Shown here piece by piece: positions 43,685 to 55,734 of a stretch of DNA of 64,000 bases (its first letter is position 1; every line of letters begins with the position of its first letter). The translations under genes and the position numbers were made by a program. The notes below the pieces were generated by a model, which made no database searches, was not told the origin of the DNA, and saw only the letters and a list, made by a program, of their open reading frames with translations. Source of the stretch: Mayamaea pseudoterrestris (Eukaryota); contig BROI01000003.1 of the NCBI GenBank assembly GCA_027923505.1, forward strand, positions 1,488,001-1,552,000, in the 5' to 3' direction.

Positions 43685-45997
43685 TTAGCCATGACGAGCA
43701 AAGGTGCCAGACCTGTAGGCCAGCACTTGCTTACTGCGTCCTTGGACAAGTTCTCTCCATTCCAAATCTTGGTCCGAGTCCAGCGCAGCAAGGCACTTTT
43801 GTGTCACTGGAACAGCAATCATCTCGTCGTCTGCCGATGAGTTGCTCATACGATACGTGAGGTCAAGGAATGAACACGCCGCGAGGTATGTCTTCGCCTG
43901 CTTCGCATCTTTTTTCTTTACCAAGAGAACGTCTGACAGGCCAGGTTCACTTGCATCGGATCTTTGTGATTCGACTGGAGATATTGAAGGACATTGCAAA
44001 GACTTGCTATCCAGACGCTTCTTGATTATTATTGGCGTCAAATGAGCCACGTCAAGTGCGCCCTCTGAGAGATCAATTGTCAGCATGTGCGACTTGGCAT
44101 ATGTTTGTTGAAAGCCAAATCCATGTACACCGCCTCCGACAGAAACGATTTCCAAGATAGGCCCCGACGAACAAACCGGAAGGCTAACGTGATGGACCAT
44201 CGATCCGAAATCAATGCGACTTTTCGAAATTAATCTGTTGGGTCTACAATACGCATCGACGCCCTCGACCGTAGTCTTTAATTCAAAGATCATCACTGCC
44301 GTTTGCTGAAATGTCCCAGCTGAGAGTCCTCCGCAAACCACAAGGCTCCTTCGGGTTGCGTCACCAAGAAGGACGGCAGAGTGACCGTAAGCATGGGACG
44401 AAACGCCATTAATGGTCAAGAACGTATCCTCCTTCCCATCCATTGCGTTGAACAAGTAGCTGTCTAGCTTTTTCTGTTCTCCTTTGGTAAAAGTCTCAAG
44501 TAAATTGTTTGCATCCGATCGACCTCCAAACACGAGCACTTGATCATCTAAAGCAACTGCACTGTGATGGAACCGAGGTGTGTCAAACAATGGAGTAAAG
44601 ATAGTTTCCCAAAGCAAATGTGCACTCTCGTTGTCGTCCGGTTGCAACATGGAGAGTACATGAATACTGGCGAAGGTAGAAACATTATCGCGTCCGCCCA
44701 CTAGAACAGCAAGCTGGTCAGTTCCGCCGCTCAAAGCGCAGAGCGTATGACCCCATCGTGATGCTGGCCGTTCACCTCTGACGTCTATCGGGCGTTTAGC
44801 AATGGCATAAGACGAGTAATTATATTCGCAGAGCAACAAATCATCGAGCGGCCGTGTGGGACTGGTTCTCCCCCCAAAAATGCAAAGTACAACTGGATCC
44901 ACTGGCAGCACGCAAGCGGCTGCAAACTCACGCTCACCCCAAGGCGTCTGTTGGCTGACAAGTCCAATAATGCTAGTTTCCGCATCATCGAGCATATAAG
45001 TGTCGTCCATGGAATGCATCAACTCCCAATGATTGTGCCATTGAAACCCGTGCCGTCGCAGCCGATACACTTTATCGGATCGTGATGGTGCTGAATCATT
45101 CTTATCCGATACTAACGACGGCCCACTGCCGTAACCGCCAATGACCAGTACGTCTGTGATATCCTTGCCTTTGTGCTCGCCAGACACAGCAACAGCAGCA
45201 TGCCCCCAAAGATTGAGGTCCGGTAAGGGCTGGACGTAGATTGGCTGCCTCGCTTGAAATAGAGTTGCCTCTACTTCTTCATATAATCCCTTTATTCTGC
45301 TAGTGTTCTCTCGTAGCTTGTTGTTTGCTTCTGCGACAAGCGACCTCCAGTATGGCTCGGGTAGTTTCCAAGGACCCGATGAAGCCATTGGCATGGTCAT
45401 TGCGAGGCTGTATGATCGTACTGCGACAGTAACCCGAGAGGGAGTCACCACCATGCCTGACTCTCGGAAACCAAGACCTAGTACCAGCTTCATTAGTTGT
45501 CGTCCTCGCTCCAGATTCGCGGCAGCAACGTGCAAAAGCATTGGCTCGAGACGAAAGGTGCATGGCTGCTTGTGACCATCGTCGTGGTTCGTATCACTGC
45601 CTTGAAACACCTGTTCCATGTTACTCATATCCACTGGATCATGACTCACAAAGAGCCATCCGCCACTGCCTTTGCCGCTATCCAGTTGATCGATTTGTGC
45701 GGCTCGATCGTCGTGATCCGCCGTGTCGAATTCCGTTGTCTCGGCTCGGACTGGAGCAAAGACAGCGATTCGACCGGAACAGGAACTAAGTGTTGCAAAC
45801 GATGGATGCTTATTGATGAGGTCTACCAAATCGCGAATCGGTGCATCAACGGAACCTTTGGGTGATTTGTCGACGCCAAAAGCGTAAAGAGTGTCATGAG
45901 TCCTTTTTCGAATGGATGAAAAGGAGGGCAAAACAGTCAATGGATCGTCCAGAAAATCGGGAAGGAAAGAATCATTCTCATTGTTGCTATGCATCAT
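43685..45997 (-). CDS. TYW3: tRNA wybutosine synthesis protein TYW3 fused to kelch repeats
   Basis: DKSPKGSVDAPI, TLSSCSGRI, GGWLFVSHD, EPMLLHV and GFRESG. Kelch repeats include RWGHT, RFHHSA and FGGR. Confidence 0.88.
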   Translation of the reverse strand: MMHSNNENDSFLPDFLDDPLTVLPSFSSIRKRTHDTLYAFGVDKSPKGSVDAPIRDLVDLINKHPSFATLSSCSGRIAVFAPVRAETTEFDTADHDDRAAQIDQLDSGKGSGGWLFVSHDPVDMSNMEQVFQGSDTNHDDGHKQPCTFRLEPMLLHVAAANLERGRQLMKLVLGLGFRESGMVVTPSRVTVAVRSYSLAMTMPMASSGPWKLPEPYWRSLVAEANNKLRENTSRIKGLYEEVEATLFQARQPIYVQPLPDLNLWGHAAVAVSGEHKGKDITDVLVIGGYGSGPSLVSDKNDSAPSRSDKVYRLRRHGFQWHNHWELMHSMDDTYMLDDAETSIIGLVSQQTPWGEREFAAACVLPVDPVVLCIFGGRTSPTRPLDDLLLCEYNYSSYAIAKRPIDVRGERPASRWGHTLCALSGGTDQLAVLVGGRDNVSTFASIHVLSMLQPDDNESAHLLWETIFTPLFDTPRFHHSAVALDDQVLVFGGRSDANNLLETFTKGEQKKLDSYLFNAMDGKEDTFLTINGVSSHAYGHSAVLLGDATRRSLVVCGGLSAGTFQQTAVMIFELKTTVEGVDAYCRPNRLISKSRIDFGSMVHHVSLPVCSSGPILEIVSVGGGVHGFGFQQTYAKSHMLTIDLSEGALDVAHLTPIIIKKRLDSKSLQCPSISPVESQRSDASEPGLSDVLLVKKKDAKQAKTYLAACSFLDLTYRMSNSSADDEMIAVPVTQKCLAALDSDQDLEWRELVQGRSKQVLAYRSGTFARHG

Positions 45998-46180
45998 TGA
46001 TCCGATTTCTCGACCCCTGTGCCTTCTGATAAACACCGATGCAAGGTAGAAATAGTGCGTCTTTCGCCATGGTCGTGCGCGGTCAAATCCATGGTGTGAG
46101 TGGTGTCGACTTGTGAAGCGTGAATGAAAAGCGTGACATGTGACATCGACGTCGACACCTCATTTTTTCGTCCGTCGACC

Positions 46181-47525
46181 ATGAGAATTCGAAGGCGCAA
46201 ATGGCGCTCTACGTTCATCCTTTTGCTGGGGACAATATTCGCAGCCTTTGTTTGGACGAGCTTTAGACTTCACAAGCAGCTTAGCGATCACACGCAGCTT
46301 GTTCCTCGCTTGGAAAATGACCTTCGCGATGAAAATGTCAGTCGAAACTACAATCAAACAAAAAATCAAACTACTACAAATCAAAACTGTTCAGCGTGCC
46401 TGCTGGTCATGGATGACAATCACATTTTGATTGAGTGGCTTGCTTATCATTCCTTCGCGTTACCTCTATCGAGAGTAATCCTTGCCGTCGACCCGCGAAG
46501 CGAGACCTCGCCAAACTCTGTCATTCGGCGTTGGCACGGGCGAATGCAAATTGACCAATGGAACGCTTCCGACTTTATGACGACAGTGGAGCTTGAGCAA
46601 GCCGAGCATCATGTTCGAAAATTCTTCAAGGCTGAAATTCTAGAACAGCCTAATCTTATTCGCCACAGAGCTCGACAACGAATCTTCTACTACAAGTGCA
46701 TGAAGCAACTCAAGGCGGAGGGGCAAGGATGGGTTGCTTTAATTGACACGGACGAGTTTTTGTCCATCAACTATCCGACGACTACTAAACTTGGTCTTGA
46801 TGCGCCTCCAATTGACCAGCCGGGGTCTCTATTGTCATTTTTGGAGAAGGAGGTGAAGCGTCCCGGCAACAATCTTACGTCGGCATGTGTTCAGATTCCT
46901 CGGCTCCGCTTTGGTGCCGTGGAAAGCACGCAACAAGAGATCAACCGCTTGGTACCATATGGTCTGAATGCTAGTCTTTTTCAAACGATGCGATGGCGAA
47001 GACACGCTGCGCCCAGGAATTTGTTTCATAACAAAATATCCAAGACCATCATTGATCTTAGGCGGGTCGATTGGGACCTGTTGTCGCCAGTTGATAGCAT
47101 CCATCGTCCAATTTTGGGTCTTTGTGGACATCGTCGACTATATATCCAGAACAAGGAGCAGGTTTTTGTCATACATCACTATCTTGGGTCACGCGAGCAG
47201 GTAAGTGTTGTGTGCCATGGTCTTCATGATGCATTGCCCCAAGTTCCTCATCCATTTTTTCAGTACTTTTATCGAAACGATTCGCGCACTGGCAAGGAAC
47301 GAAGTGAATCTGTAAGTGCAATGCGAGTTGGTGTTCTATTGTCCTCGCCCATCTTACCCGAAATCTTTTTGACAGTCGTTTGCAGTGGCGTCGAAACTTG
47401 ACGAGATGCCAACAGGCAATGACGATCTGCGCGCTTGGCTCCAGGGATTTTTTCGAGAACATGGAAAGACAAATGCTTTAGCCTTGCTGAAAGGTGTAGG
47501 GATGCTAGAGAATGTGGCAACGTAA
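46181..47525 (+). CDS. Glycosyltransferase (GT92/GT2-like DxD), type II membrane protein, 2 introns
   Basis: SACLLVMDDN..LIEWLAYH, WVALIDTDEF and HHYLGS. The last exon ends LLKGVGMLENVAT. Confidence 0.78.
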
Positions 47526-47747
47526 TTGCTTTCCAACTGTAAGAGCAGGGCTGACTCTACGCAAAGATCCGAATGTCCACTGTATACCGTTGTGACATAG
47601 ATTTTGCATCGCTTTGTTCGATCGCATGCGATGGCTGATGCAGATCCAATTTTCGTCCGGATCACCGACTTTCGCTTGATCAGCCAGGAATGCCTGCTGA
47701 ACAGACCTTTGAAGAGACTGCTGGTGGGATTTCAACTGCAGTAAACT

Positions 47748-48472
47748 ATGCAAACACATGGAATATTGCTCTGTTTGTGGGGTCTTTGTATCATCTCGTC
47801 GGTCGTGGTGTCTTTGGCTGCGTCGTTCCAGCCATCGCTGCGGCCGTCTCGGACAAAATCCCAATCGCGGCACATCATCGGTTTATCGACTAATGATGAT
47901 ACTATCAGATTGTCGGTTCAAGATTTTGAATTTCGCCTTCGAGACGCTCAATACAACGAACTCGGGCAGGTTGCCGATGTTATCATGAGCTCATTCTACA
48001 GTAATTCTACTACCCCTTGGAGACAAATGTTTCGACTAGCGGAACTGAATCGAATCCAGCAAAATTTCCCACACGAAGACAAGGAGGTGCACCGGCATAT
48101 AGTCGCTGTGACCGTGGTCAAAGGAGAGGAGCAGGTGATTGGATTCTGTGATCTCGACGATCGATTACCCAATCTGAACACTGGATATAGCTGCAATCCG
48201 CGGCCATACGTTTCAGATCTGTGTATCTCGCCTCAGTGGCGGCGAAGAGGTGTAGCCAAAGCTATCATTCAAGAATCTGAGACGTACAGTCGTGAAAAGC
48301 TCAAGAAGGAGGATATCTACATACGAGTCGAAAGTCACAACGAACAGGCTCTTACGTTGTACGAGAGTCTAGGCTATTGCAAAATATACAATCCAGACAG
48401 TCCAAAAAAGCAAATATTTTTGTTGCGCAAGGAGCTACGGGTGGTCGGCGAAGCTATCATAGAGGAATCGTT

Positions 48473-48533
<61 letters not shown>

Positions 48534-48536
48534 TGA
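47748..48536 (+). CDS. GNAT acetyltransferase, probably plastid-targeted, with C-terminal Q20
   Basis: YVSDLCISPQWRRRGVA and N..AL.LYESLGY. Signal peptide ending AAS-F. Confidence 0.88.
48474..48533 (+). repeat. (CAG)19CAA microsatellite
   Basis: Perfect trinucleotide run directly before the TGA stop. Confidence 0.98.
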
Positions 48537-48857
48537 ATACACAAGTGCACTAGAAGGTTCATTCAGATGACACTACCTCCTGATGCCTTTTTCCAACCAT
48601 AATATGCCTGCTATGCTTGGTGCTAGTATGCGTGAAAATGGTGCAACGCGAGGGCAGGTATATTAACAATCAGCTCAATGGTGCTAAAGTGTGTGGCCTA
48701 CCCTCTAAGTCTATTTCCAGCCATTGTCGCATTTAAAATATTTCTAGCTTAATGGTAGCCTTTTATGTATGGGAGAAAAGATGCCCAAACAGATACCAGC
48801 TCCATGGTGCTAACGTGCGGCCTCCAAACACTGTTGCGTTGACCAACACCAGCTCAT

Positions 48858-51522
48858 CTACTTAAACTCGCCATCGAAGCCTATAAACCCTGTTAGTCGA
48901 AAGACTGGATAAAAGGGCTTGGTAGATAGTTGAGAACACCAGTTCCAGGCGCTCGTTAGCCGACCGTCGATACAACTGCCTGCATCGTAGTAAGTGTCGC
49001 CCCCAGAGCCGTCAAAAGCACATCGGAAGAAGTCGTACAGGATGTCTTTCCGCAGTTTATTAATACCGCCAAAGCCTTCATCTACCATCAATCTAATTCC
49101 CTCATCGTCGTCATGTAAACGTTCTAGGTTCTCGAGGCATGCCACGATGGGACCGAGGATTCGCGGAACTGTAGATACAAAATACAGACGTCAGCAGAGA
49201 GAATCCCTTTACAATGCAATCGCGGCATACTTTACAGACCTTGAGTATACTTGTCAATAAAACTTAAAGCACTGAGGAGACGAAGAACACGTTGTAAGCA
49301 AGCATACGCAAACACAAACTGTCATGCACAAGAGAAACATACTTTGGCACGTTGTGATCACCCATATGAATCACACTCGACCCCACCCAACGCTTCACTT
49401 TGCTCTGCACACGCACAAGAATCCGTTGCATAGCCTTGTACGTTTGTGGCGACTGCTGTACACGCTGGAATCCCTGTCCAGTGTCTTGCAAGGAGTAAGT
49501 GACCGACTCGCTTAGAAGATCGCCTTCCGCCATAGCCCACAGGCGAAACATATCATCAATTATGTCGCGCCAAAGAGTTAAACTCTGCAAGGTAAAGTAA
49601 TATTGCCGCTCATGACTATGTGAAAGCCGAGCACCGTCTTCGCCGCTGACAATGCTAAGCGAATAACCTTCGTCAGCTTTGTCAGGGGAAAAATACTGTT
49701 GCAGATAGTTGATAATCTTGTCGATGGGAACACGGTTGCTGTTCAGGAAAGAATTATTGTCGCAGATGGAGTATAAGCAAAGGTGAATGTCGTCCTGACT
49801 CAGTTCAGCAGATGAATACTTTTTCTTGAGAACGAGTACGGATCGTTCCTTGATACGGATTTCAGAGTTGATCTGTGCTCGAGACTTTCGTTCCGCCAAA
49901 ATTTCCTGAGTGGCTGTTTCAGTAAGGGGATCCGAAAGTAAAGCAACACCATTCCGCTCGTCCAGGAATTTGTACACTGTTTCGATCTGGCTCATGCATG
50001 AAAAGCCTATATGCTGACGGACCGAAGGTGACACGGCGTCCTGAAGGACAAAGACAAGCTTTCCATACTCCGTCCTCATTTTTTCGGGATTCATAATCTT
50101 ATGCCGTCGAGCAATCTCAAACATTTGTCGAAAAGAAGATTCATATTCCTTTAAATTGTCATCATGCGCAAGTGAATGACCAGCTTCAAAGTCGCAGGCG
50201 ACCACTAGTCCTCGCAAAATGGACGAAATGCCTTTAAGCTGTTCGTGCGTGCGGCGAGCAGATGAGCGAAAGGGTCGGTCAACGTCGGTAGTATACTCGC
50301 AGCAAGTCATAAATGCTTCGACGAGGCGCAACATTTTTCGTTCCCCGAGACTTAGGCGCAGGGGAATATACTTGGCTCGTTCGGCAACAGAATTGTAAGC
50401 CAAATCATCAGCGCTCTCCTTATGGTCAGTCCCAAAATCCTTATCTGCTATACTCTCCAGTGGGTCGACATCCTGCGGCTCAGCGAGGAGCCGCGCAATA
50501 GTGTCTCTCTCTTTGGCCGAAGCAGAAATTATATCACTTGCTTCCGACGAAGAAGAAAAGGCGATAGTATATTGCGTTGCTTCCACAATCTTTAGAAAAA
50601 TCGACTTCAAAGTTTCCTCGTTTAACAAACCGGCATCAATCGCTTCTTGGTTAAGACGAATGGATACGCATGTGCCTGATTCGCCACGCACATCCTCAAA
50701 TTGGTCAAATCCTTCCTCCACACTAAGCTCCGTTCCCTCGCCCCGAGGACGCACGATCGAAAACTTGTCGAAAGCATTGCCAAAGTCAGTCGGACTACCA
50801 TTGAAAACGCCTACTTGATACTCATAGTAGTCATCGTGCTTTGCTTTGGTGCCGATTCGTATGCCAGTTCCAAGCGAGCAGAGAGCGGCGTAAAAGCCTC
50901 CAATGTCCTTGGCCAAGCAAGACTGGGCGCGCTGATTCTTGTCCACAACCTTGCCATCCGCTGCAGAGGCATCTGTATCATCTCCCTCGGTTGCATGTTC
51001 TTGCGTAGATTCATTGTCGTTGTCGTCTCCACTGACATCTGCTTCGTCTTCCGTGGTTGAGTCTTCTTCTGTGTCACTACCACTCAGCTTTGAACCATTC
51101 GTGCTGGAGTAAAAATCCGTCGACGAAGGCACCGCCTTGCTCGTTCCCAACAAATTAATTAGATCAGCTCTTGTCATGCCACATCCAAGGTCGGTCAAAG
51201 AGAGTGTGTTAGTGTCCGAATTGGCTCTGATGCGAATGCAAAGCCGATGCTGGAACGCAGGGTGCTGTCGAACGCGTCCCGGCACCGAGAAAAAGACCGT
51301 GTCCATGGCTTCAATCGAGTTACTGACTAGCTGAGCCAGTGCATTGGGAATAGTTTCGACTATTCTCTCATTCTTTCGACTCTCGGGCGCTTCAGGAAAT
51401 AGAACTCCTGCTTGCAATCGATCTCTCAGTGGCGCTGGAAGATCATAGGTTGCGCGACTTACGTTGTGCGCCTCGGGAGGTGATCCGTCGCCGGGACTCT
51501 CATGTGTTTCAAATGCGCTCAT
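48858..51522 (-). CDS. UPF0652-family protein with an N-terminal HSP90-like HATPase domain (introns near the 3' end)
   Basis: N-terminal LAQLVSNS.EAMD and TDLGCGMTRADLINLLGT. C-terminal RAKYIPLRLS..ERK.LRL, MNPEKMRTEYGKL, GARLSHSHERQY and DAGSCIDGRLTSAWNWC. Confidence 0.85.
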
Positions 51523-52160
51523 AATGGAGGCAATGATCGATCTTCGACTATTGATAAACTACTAGCAGCAAACCTCCACTATCGGCGAATGATGATAAAG
51601 GAATGATGGGCCATCGAGAGGATGTGAATGTGCGCCTGCGATCCTGATGTCGTATCGGCAATGGACCTCGTCATTGTAAGATCCCGTAACAACACAGATG
51701 TGTAAACAAGTAGTACTTGCACGATATCATAGCTAGCACCATGCTGCCTATCACTTCAGTTTACCTTCACCTATCTCCAGAAAGACAAAGACATCGCAGA
51801 ACGATGTCCCGCGACTTAGAGATCCTTCCCGTTTGTGCCCCATCACATGCACATTGCTCATGGTGCGAAATACAAACCTTGGCACATAGACTCGTAGCAT
51901 GTGCGTTGCGCCTGTGTCGACTCGAATCACACCCGATTGTCGATTTAAAAATTCGTAAAGTATAGCGGTGCTGATGGTGGGACTAACTACTGAGAGTCGA
52001 AATGCCATCGTGGAGACCCACGTTCAACGCTACGTCGTTCCGCACCGTGGAATGTTACCATGTCGGTGCTTGTTGATTGCATAAAAGGTGGTAGAATACC
52101 TCTGGAGCATCTGCCTTTTGCTCTGACCAGCTGAAACACAAGCCAGCAAGAAGAAGAGCC

Positions 52161-53159
52161 ATGGATTATGCCGACGGGTACACCGGTTGGACGCAGCCCA
52201 GTGGAGGCCAAATGGATTACGTCTTCCAGCTTTGCCGAAACGATGACTGGTCCGGTATTCTACGCGAGCTCAAGAAGCACCCCATGATTGCTACCACCTC
52301 CATGATTATGGACAATCACATTTCTACGACAGTCCTCCACCAAGCCATCACCTCCAAGGGAAACACGCGCGAGCGGGCTGAAGTCGTCGGACAAATACTC
52401 AAGCTTACACCGCAAGCTGCTGCGATCAAGAATGGATACGGATCCTTACCACTTCATGTAATTGCGCAGCGCAACACCAAGATGGACGCACCAACTAAGG
52501 AGCTTCTCATCAAGGCGCTCGTGTTGGCGCATAAAGAGGCGTTGATTGAACCCGGCGGCGTCGGAAAGCGCACCCCACTTCATATCATCTTTACCGATTA
52601 CATTAGCCCAGCCTTGACGCGCTTGATGATTGATTACGGATCAGACGCATGTTTCATGCGCGACAAGAAGGGGTTCCTTCCCGCGCACGTTGCTTGCAGC
52701 CGCCACTGTTCGCCTGAGAAGCTTCGGATGCTGCTTGGTGTCAACCCGCAGGCGCTTCGCGACGAGACTGTCGATGGACATACCCTTTTGTCCCTGGCAA
52801 CGTCTACGGCCACCAAGTCGCATCCAAACTATGCACTGATTGATGAGTTGAACCGGCAGCTTTTAGTATCTTCTTCCGGTCAGGCTACGATTGATGACTT
52901 TACCTTGGAAGGAAGTCCGCCGCCAGCTGAAAAGACTTTTATATACAGCACACCTTTGACATCAGATATGTCGGCGTCTATGGATTCGCACGAGTCTCCT
53001 CTGACATCGCGTCGGATCCGCAAGCGCAAGTTGGTGGTTCCGGAGGATGCGGCAGTGAACTTGCTGTTGCATTTTTCGCGCCACGGATCTCCACGAGTTG
53101 AACACATGTCTCCTCCACGTGTGGAGCCTATTGTTCATACGGACTTTGCTGAAGTATAG
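52161..53159 (+). CDS. Ankyrin-repeat protein
   Basis: TVLHQA, GSLPLHVIA, RTPLH, GFLPAHVAC and GHTLLSLA. Confidence 0.8.
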   Translation: MDYADGYTGWTQPSGGQMDYVFQLCRNDDWSGILRELKKHPMIATTSMIMDNHISTTVLHQAITSKGNTRERAEVVGQILKLTPQAAAIKNGYGSLPLHVIAQRNTKMDAPTKELLIKALVLAHKEALIEPGGVGKRTPLHIIFTDYISPALTRLMIDYGSDACFMRDKKGFLPAHVACSRHCSPEKLRMLLGVNPQALRDETVDGHTLLSLATSTATKSHPNYALIDELNRQLLVSSSGQATIDDFTLEGSPPPAEKTFIYSTPLTSDMSASMDSHESPLTSRRIRKRKLVVPEDAAVNLLLHFSRHGSPRVEHMSPPRVEPIVHTDFAEV

Positions 53160-53307
53160 CCTGTACTTTTAGAAAGGTAATTTTCCATGCGCTAGTCCCA
53201 CTGCTCAGATAAACTTGCGGAAGTATGGACGTGTAACCACTGTTACTGAAATGAATCTGAAGGTTCAACAAACAAAACATTATAGAATAACTCGATATCT
53301 AGCTTAG

Positions 53308-53577
53308 TTACTCATTGTCCAGCTCTTTTGTCGGTGGTGGAGGTCCACAGGGTTGTATCATTTTTGTTAGAAACTTGAGTTTCATGCGACCGATGCTTTC
53401 GTTTGTTGCCACGGCCATGTATGACAGCTGATCGTAATGTCCAACGTGCGACGCGTATGTGTCTCGGTGCTGGTTCACCATAAATTCATGTTTGGTCATA
53501 TCCGCATGTCCTGTCCCAATATAGCGAGCCTTGAGCTGTTCGGCACTTATGCTTGCGCCGCCTGGAGTGGTGCTCAT
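53308..53577 (-). CDS. SF3B5: Splicing factor 3B subunit 5
   Basis: EQLKARYIGTGHAD.TKHE..VNQHRDTYAS.VGH...KMIQPCGPPP. Confidence 0.95.
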   Translation of the reverse strand: MSTTPGGASISAEQLKARYIGTGHADMTKHEFMVNQHRDTYASHVGHYDQLSYMAVATNESIGRMKLKFLTKMIQPCGPPPPTKELDNE

Positions 53578-53719
53578 GGTGATGGTGGCTGCTCTCACTT
53601 TTTGTGTTGATGGGCGCATGTCGCACAAACCACTCAGAACCACTACGACCTTAATCATGTCTTAACGTGACTCTTGTTCTTCCTTCTTCTTTGTCACACA
53701 AAAGTTGCCGTCTTTCACC

Positions 53720-54724
53720 ATGGAGATGGCCACACCGATGATTGACGATTACATCCGTCCTTTCGAGTGGTTGACGTCTCCCGCGTCACTGAAAGATTTG
53801 ATTGAAAGGATTGATCCATCTAAGATTCTTCATGTCGGCTCGGGCAGCAGTGTTGTCGGCGAGCATCTCGTTGAGACCCTGCCATCCATTCTTGAATGCG
53901 TAAACGTCGACGTAGATGAGAGTACGCTTCATAGAATGAAACAACGCTGGTATAAGAAGCACGAAGCAGACAGAGCGATGATTGATCGCTTGATATATGT
54001 TCATGCGGACTTGAGTTGCCGGACGGGCCTCGACCAGTTTGAGGATGCATCGTTCGATTTGATAGTAGACAAGAGCACGCTCGATTGCCTCCTGTGTAGC
54101 GAGAATGGAGCGACAGGATTATTGACACATGTTTATCGATTGTTAGCTGTGGGTGGGACATATCTCATGGTTTCATTTCACGAAGTCAGTTTTCTGCAAC
54201 CATTGTTGAATCTTCCTGGAGCAAACTGGAAAGTGCAGCATGAAGTCATGACTCGACGGGTGGAAAACTTAGCGGCGGCTGGCCGAGCTCATGGAAAGCT
54301 TGCGGCTGATCTTCATGTTGATGCGAGGTTGAGTACTTCCATTGACTCTATTACTTCGACCGATGACGATCAAGGCCGCAAATTGACAGTGAATGTCTTC
54401 CAGTGCGTGAAACTCAGCGGGAATCGGCTGACGTACGAGGAAGTTCATGAGCACATACTCGCGACTAATAGTCACTGGTACAAAAACATGAATCCTATGG
54501 TAACGAGTAAAAGAATCCAAGAGTTGCGAGAATCATTCGGTGAAACGGAGCTCCTAAGCCTACCCGACGCATATAATGTCATGTTTACCAACGCTGAACG
54601 CGAGGCACTGAGTTACGACTTGTTCATGGAAGATTGGCAAGCATATACCATTGACAAAAAGGCAATCGAAAGCAATTATATTTCCTACCAGACAGCCATC
54701 GATTTTCTCGAGGAAATGCAATGA
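53720..54724 (+). CDS. Class I SAM methyltransferase (METTL13-N/EEF1AKMT4-like)
   Basis: FEW, ILHVGSGSS and FDLIVDKSTLDCLLC. Confidence 0.82.
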   Translation: MEMATPMIDDYIRPFEWLTSPASLKDLIERIDPSKILHVGSGSSVVGEHLVETLPSILECVNVDVDESTLHRMKQRWYKKHEADRAMIDRLIYVHADLSCRTGLDQFEDASFDLIVDKSTLDCLLCSENGATGLLTHVYRLLAVGGTYLMVSFHEVSFLQPLLNLPGANWKVQHEVMTRRVENLAAAGRAHGKLAADLHVDARLSTSIDSITSTDDDQGRKLTVNVFQCVKLSGNRLTYEEVHEHILATNSHWYKNMNPMVTSKRIQELRESFGETELLSLPDAYNVMFTNAEREALSYDLFMEDWQAYTIDKKAIESNYISYQTAIDFLEEMQ

Positions 54725-54739
54725 GGAGAAACACAACCA

Positions 54740-55734
54740 TCACTCTAAAATGTCATTGTCAGTCGACACGGTTCGCGTGCCTCCAGTTTTGCTCAGTAGC
54801 ACCGTGTCTTCTATACGTATTCTATGACTGAGAGCCTTTGTCATGTCGTAGATGGTCAGCGCGGCAATGCTGGCGCCTGTAAGAGCCTCCATTTCCACGC
54901 CTGTCTTGTGAGTGACGCGACACTCGCACCGAATGACGGCGACGCTGCTGTCAATCAGTTCGATTTGAATGTCCACAAAGTCAAGCGGCAAGGGATGGCA
55001 GAGGGGAATCAAATCGCTTGTTTTTCTGCATAGAGGAATGAACGTTAGGGTGAGAATTGTTTTGTCATGGTGGTGTACCAAGTTTCAAGCTGCATACTCA
55101 AATATAGTTTAAATACTCACTTGGCCGCCATGATTCCAGCTAATTTAGCGCACTGAAATATAGGACCTTTAGGACCAGTAAGCTCGTTTGGTTGACTGTC
55201 GTAGCCATATGACCGGAAGGCAGAGGACACTTCGGGCGGAAACACAACTCGCGATTGCGCGACAGCGACTCGCTGTGTGGTTTGTTTACCTGCTACGTTC
55301 ACCATTTGAATTGACTGTCCATCACTGGATACATGTGATAGACCAGAGTTTTTTGGCACCAGGGGAGGCGATGTACCCGACTGTCTCGAAGGCTCTGTGG
55401 TATTGCCAACTGCGGCGCCAAAATCATCCTCCAATGTCATTCGCTGGCCAAATTGCGTTTCTCGAGCGAGCTTTACTTCATCCAAGAATGATGGGGCATG
55501 CCGGTGATTACCAGCTTTGCCCCAAGCTTCATGTTCCTCTAGTGTGTATCCAAACAGAAGCTCTCGCTCTGCCTTGAGCTCCATCATTTGCTCCTCAAAC
55601 AGCCGATGAAGCTCTTGCGATTCTGGTGTCTTCCCTCCTCCGGTTATATGCCGAGGCAAATATGTTTTCCGTATCAGACGAGTGAAGGATCCATGCTTTG
55701 GGTGTAAGTTTTGACATGCCAATCTACCGAGCAT
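54740..55734 (-). CDS. moaC: Cyclic pyranopterin monophosphate synthase MoaC/CNX3 (1 intron)
   Basis: LSHV...MVNV..K..TQR.AVA, KGPI...AKLAGIMAAK/KTSDLIPLCHPL and TGVEMEALTG. Confidence 0.95.

Noticed and set aside
48374..48562. Poly-Cys ORF on the minus strand
   Set aside because: This is the antisense reading of the CAG repeat.
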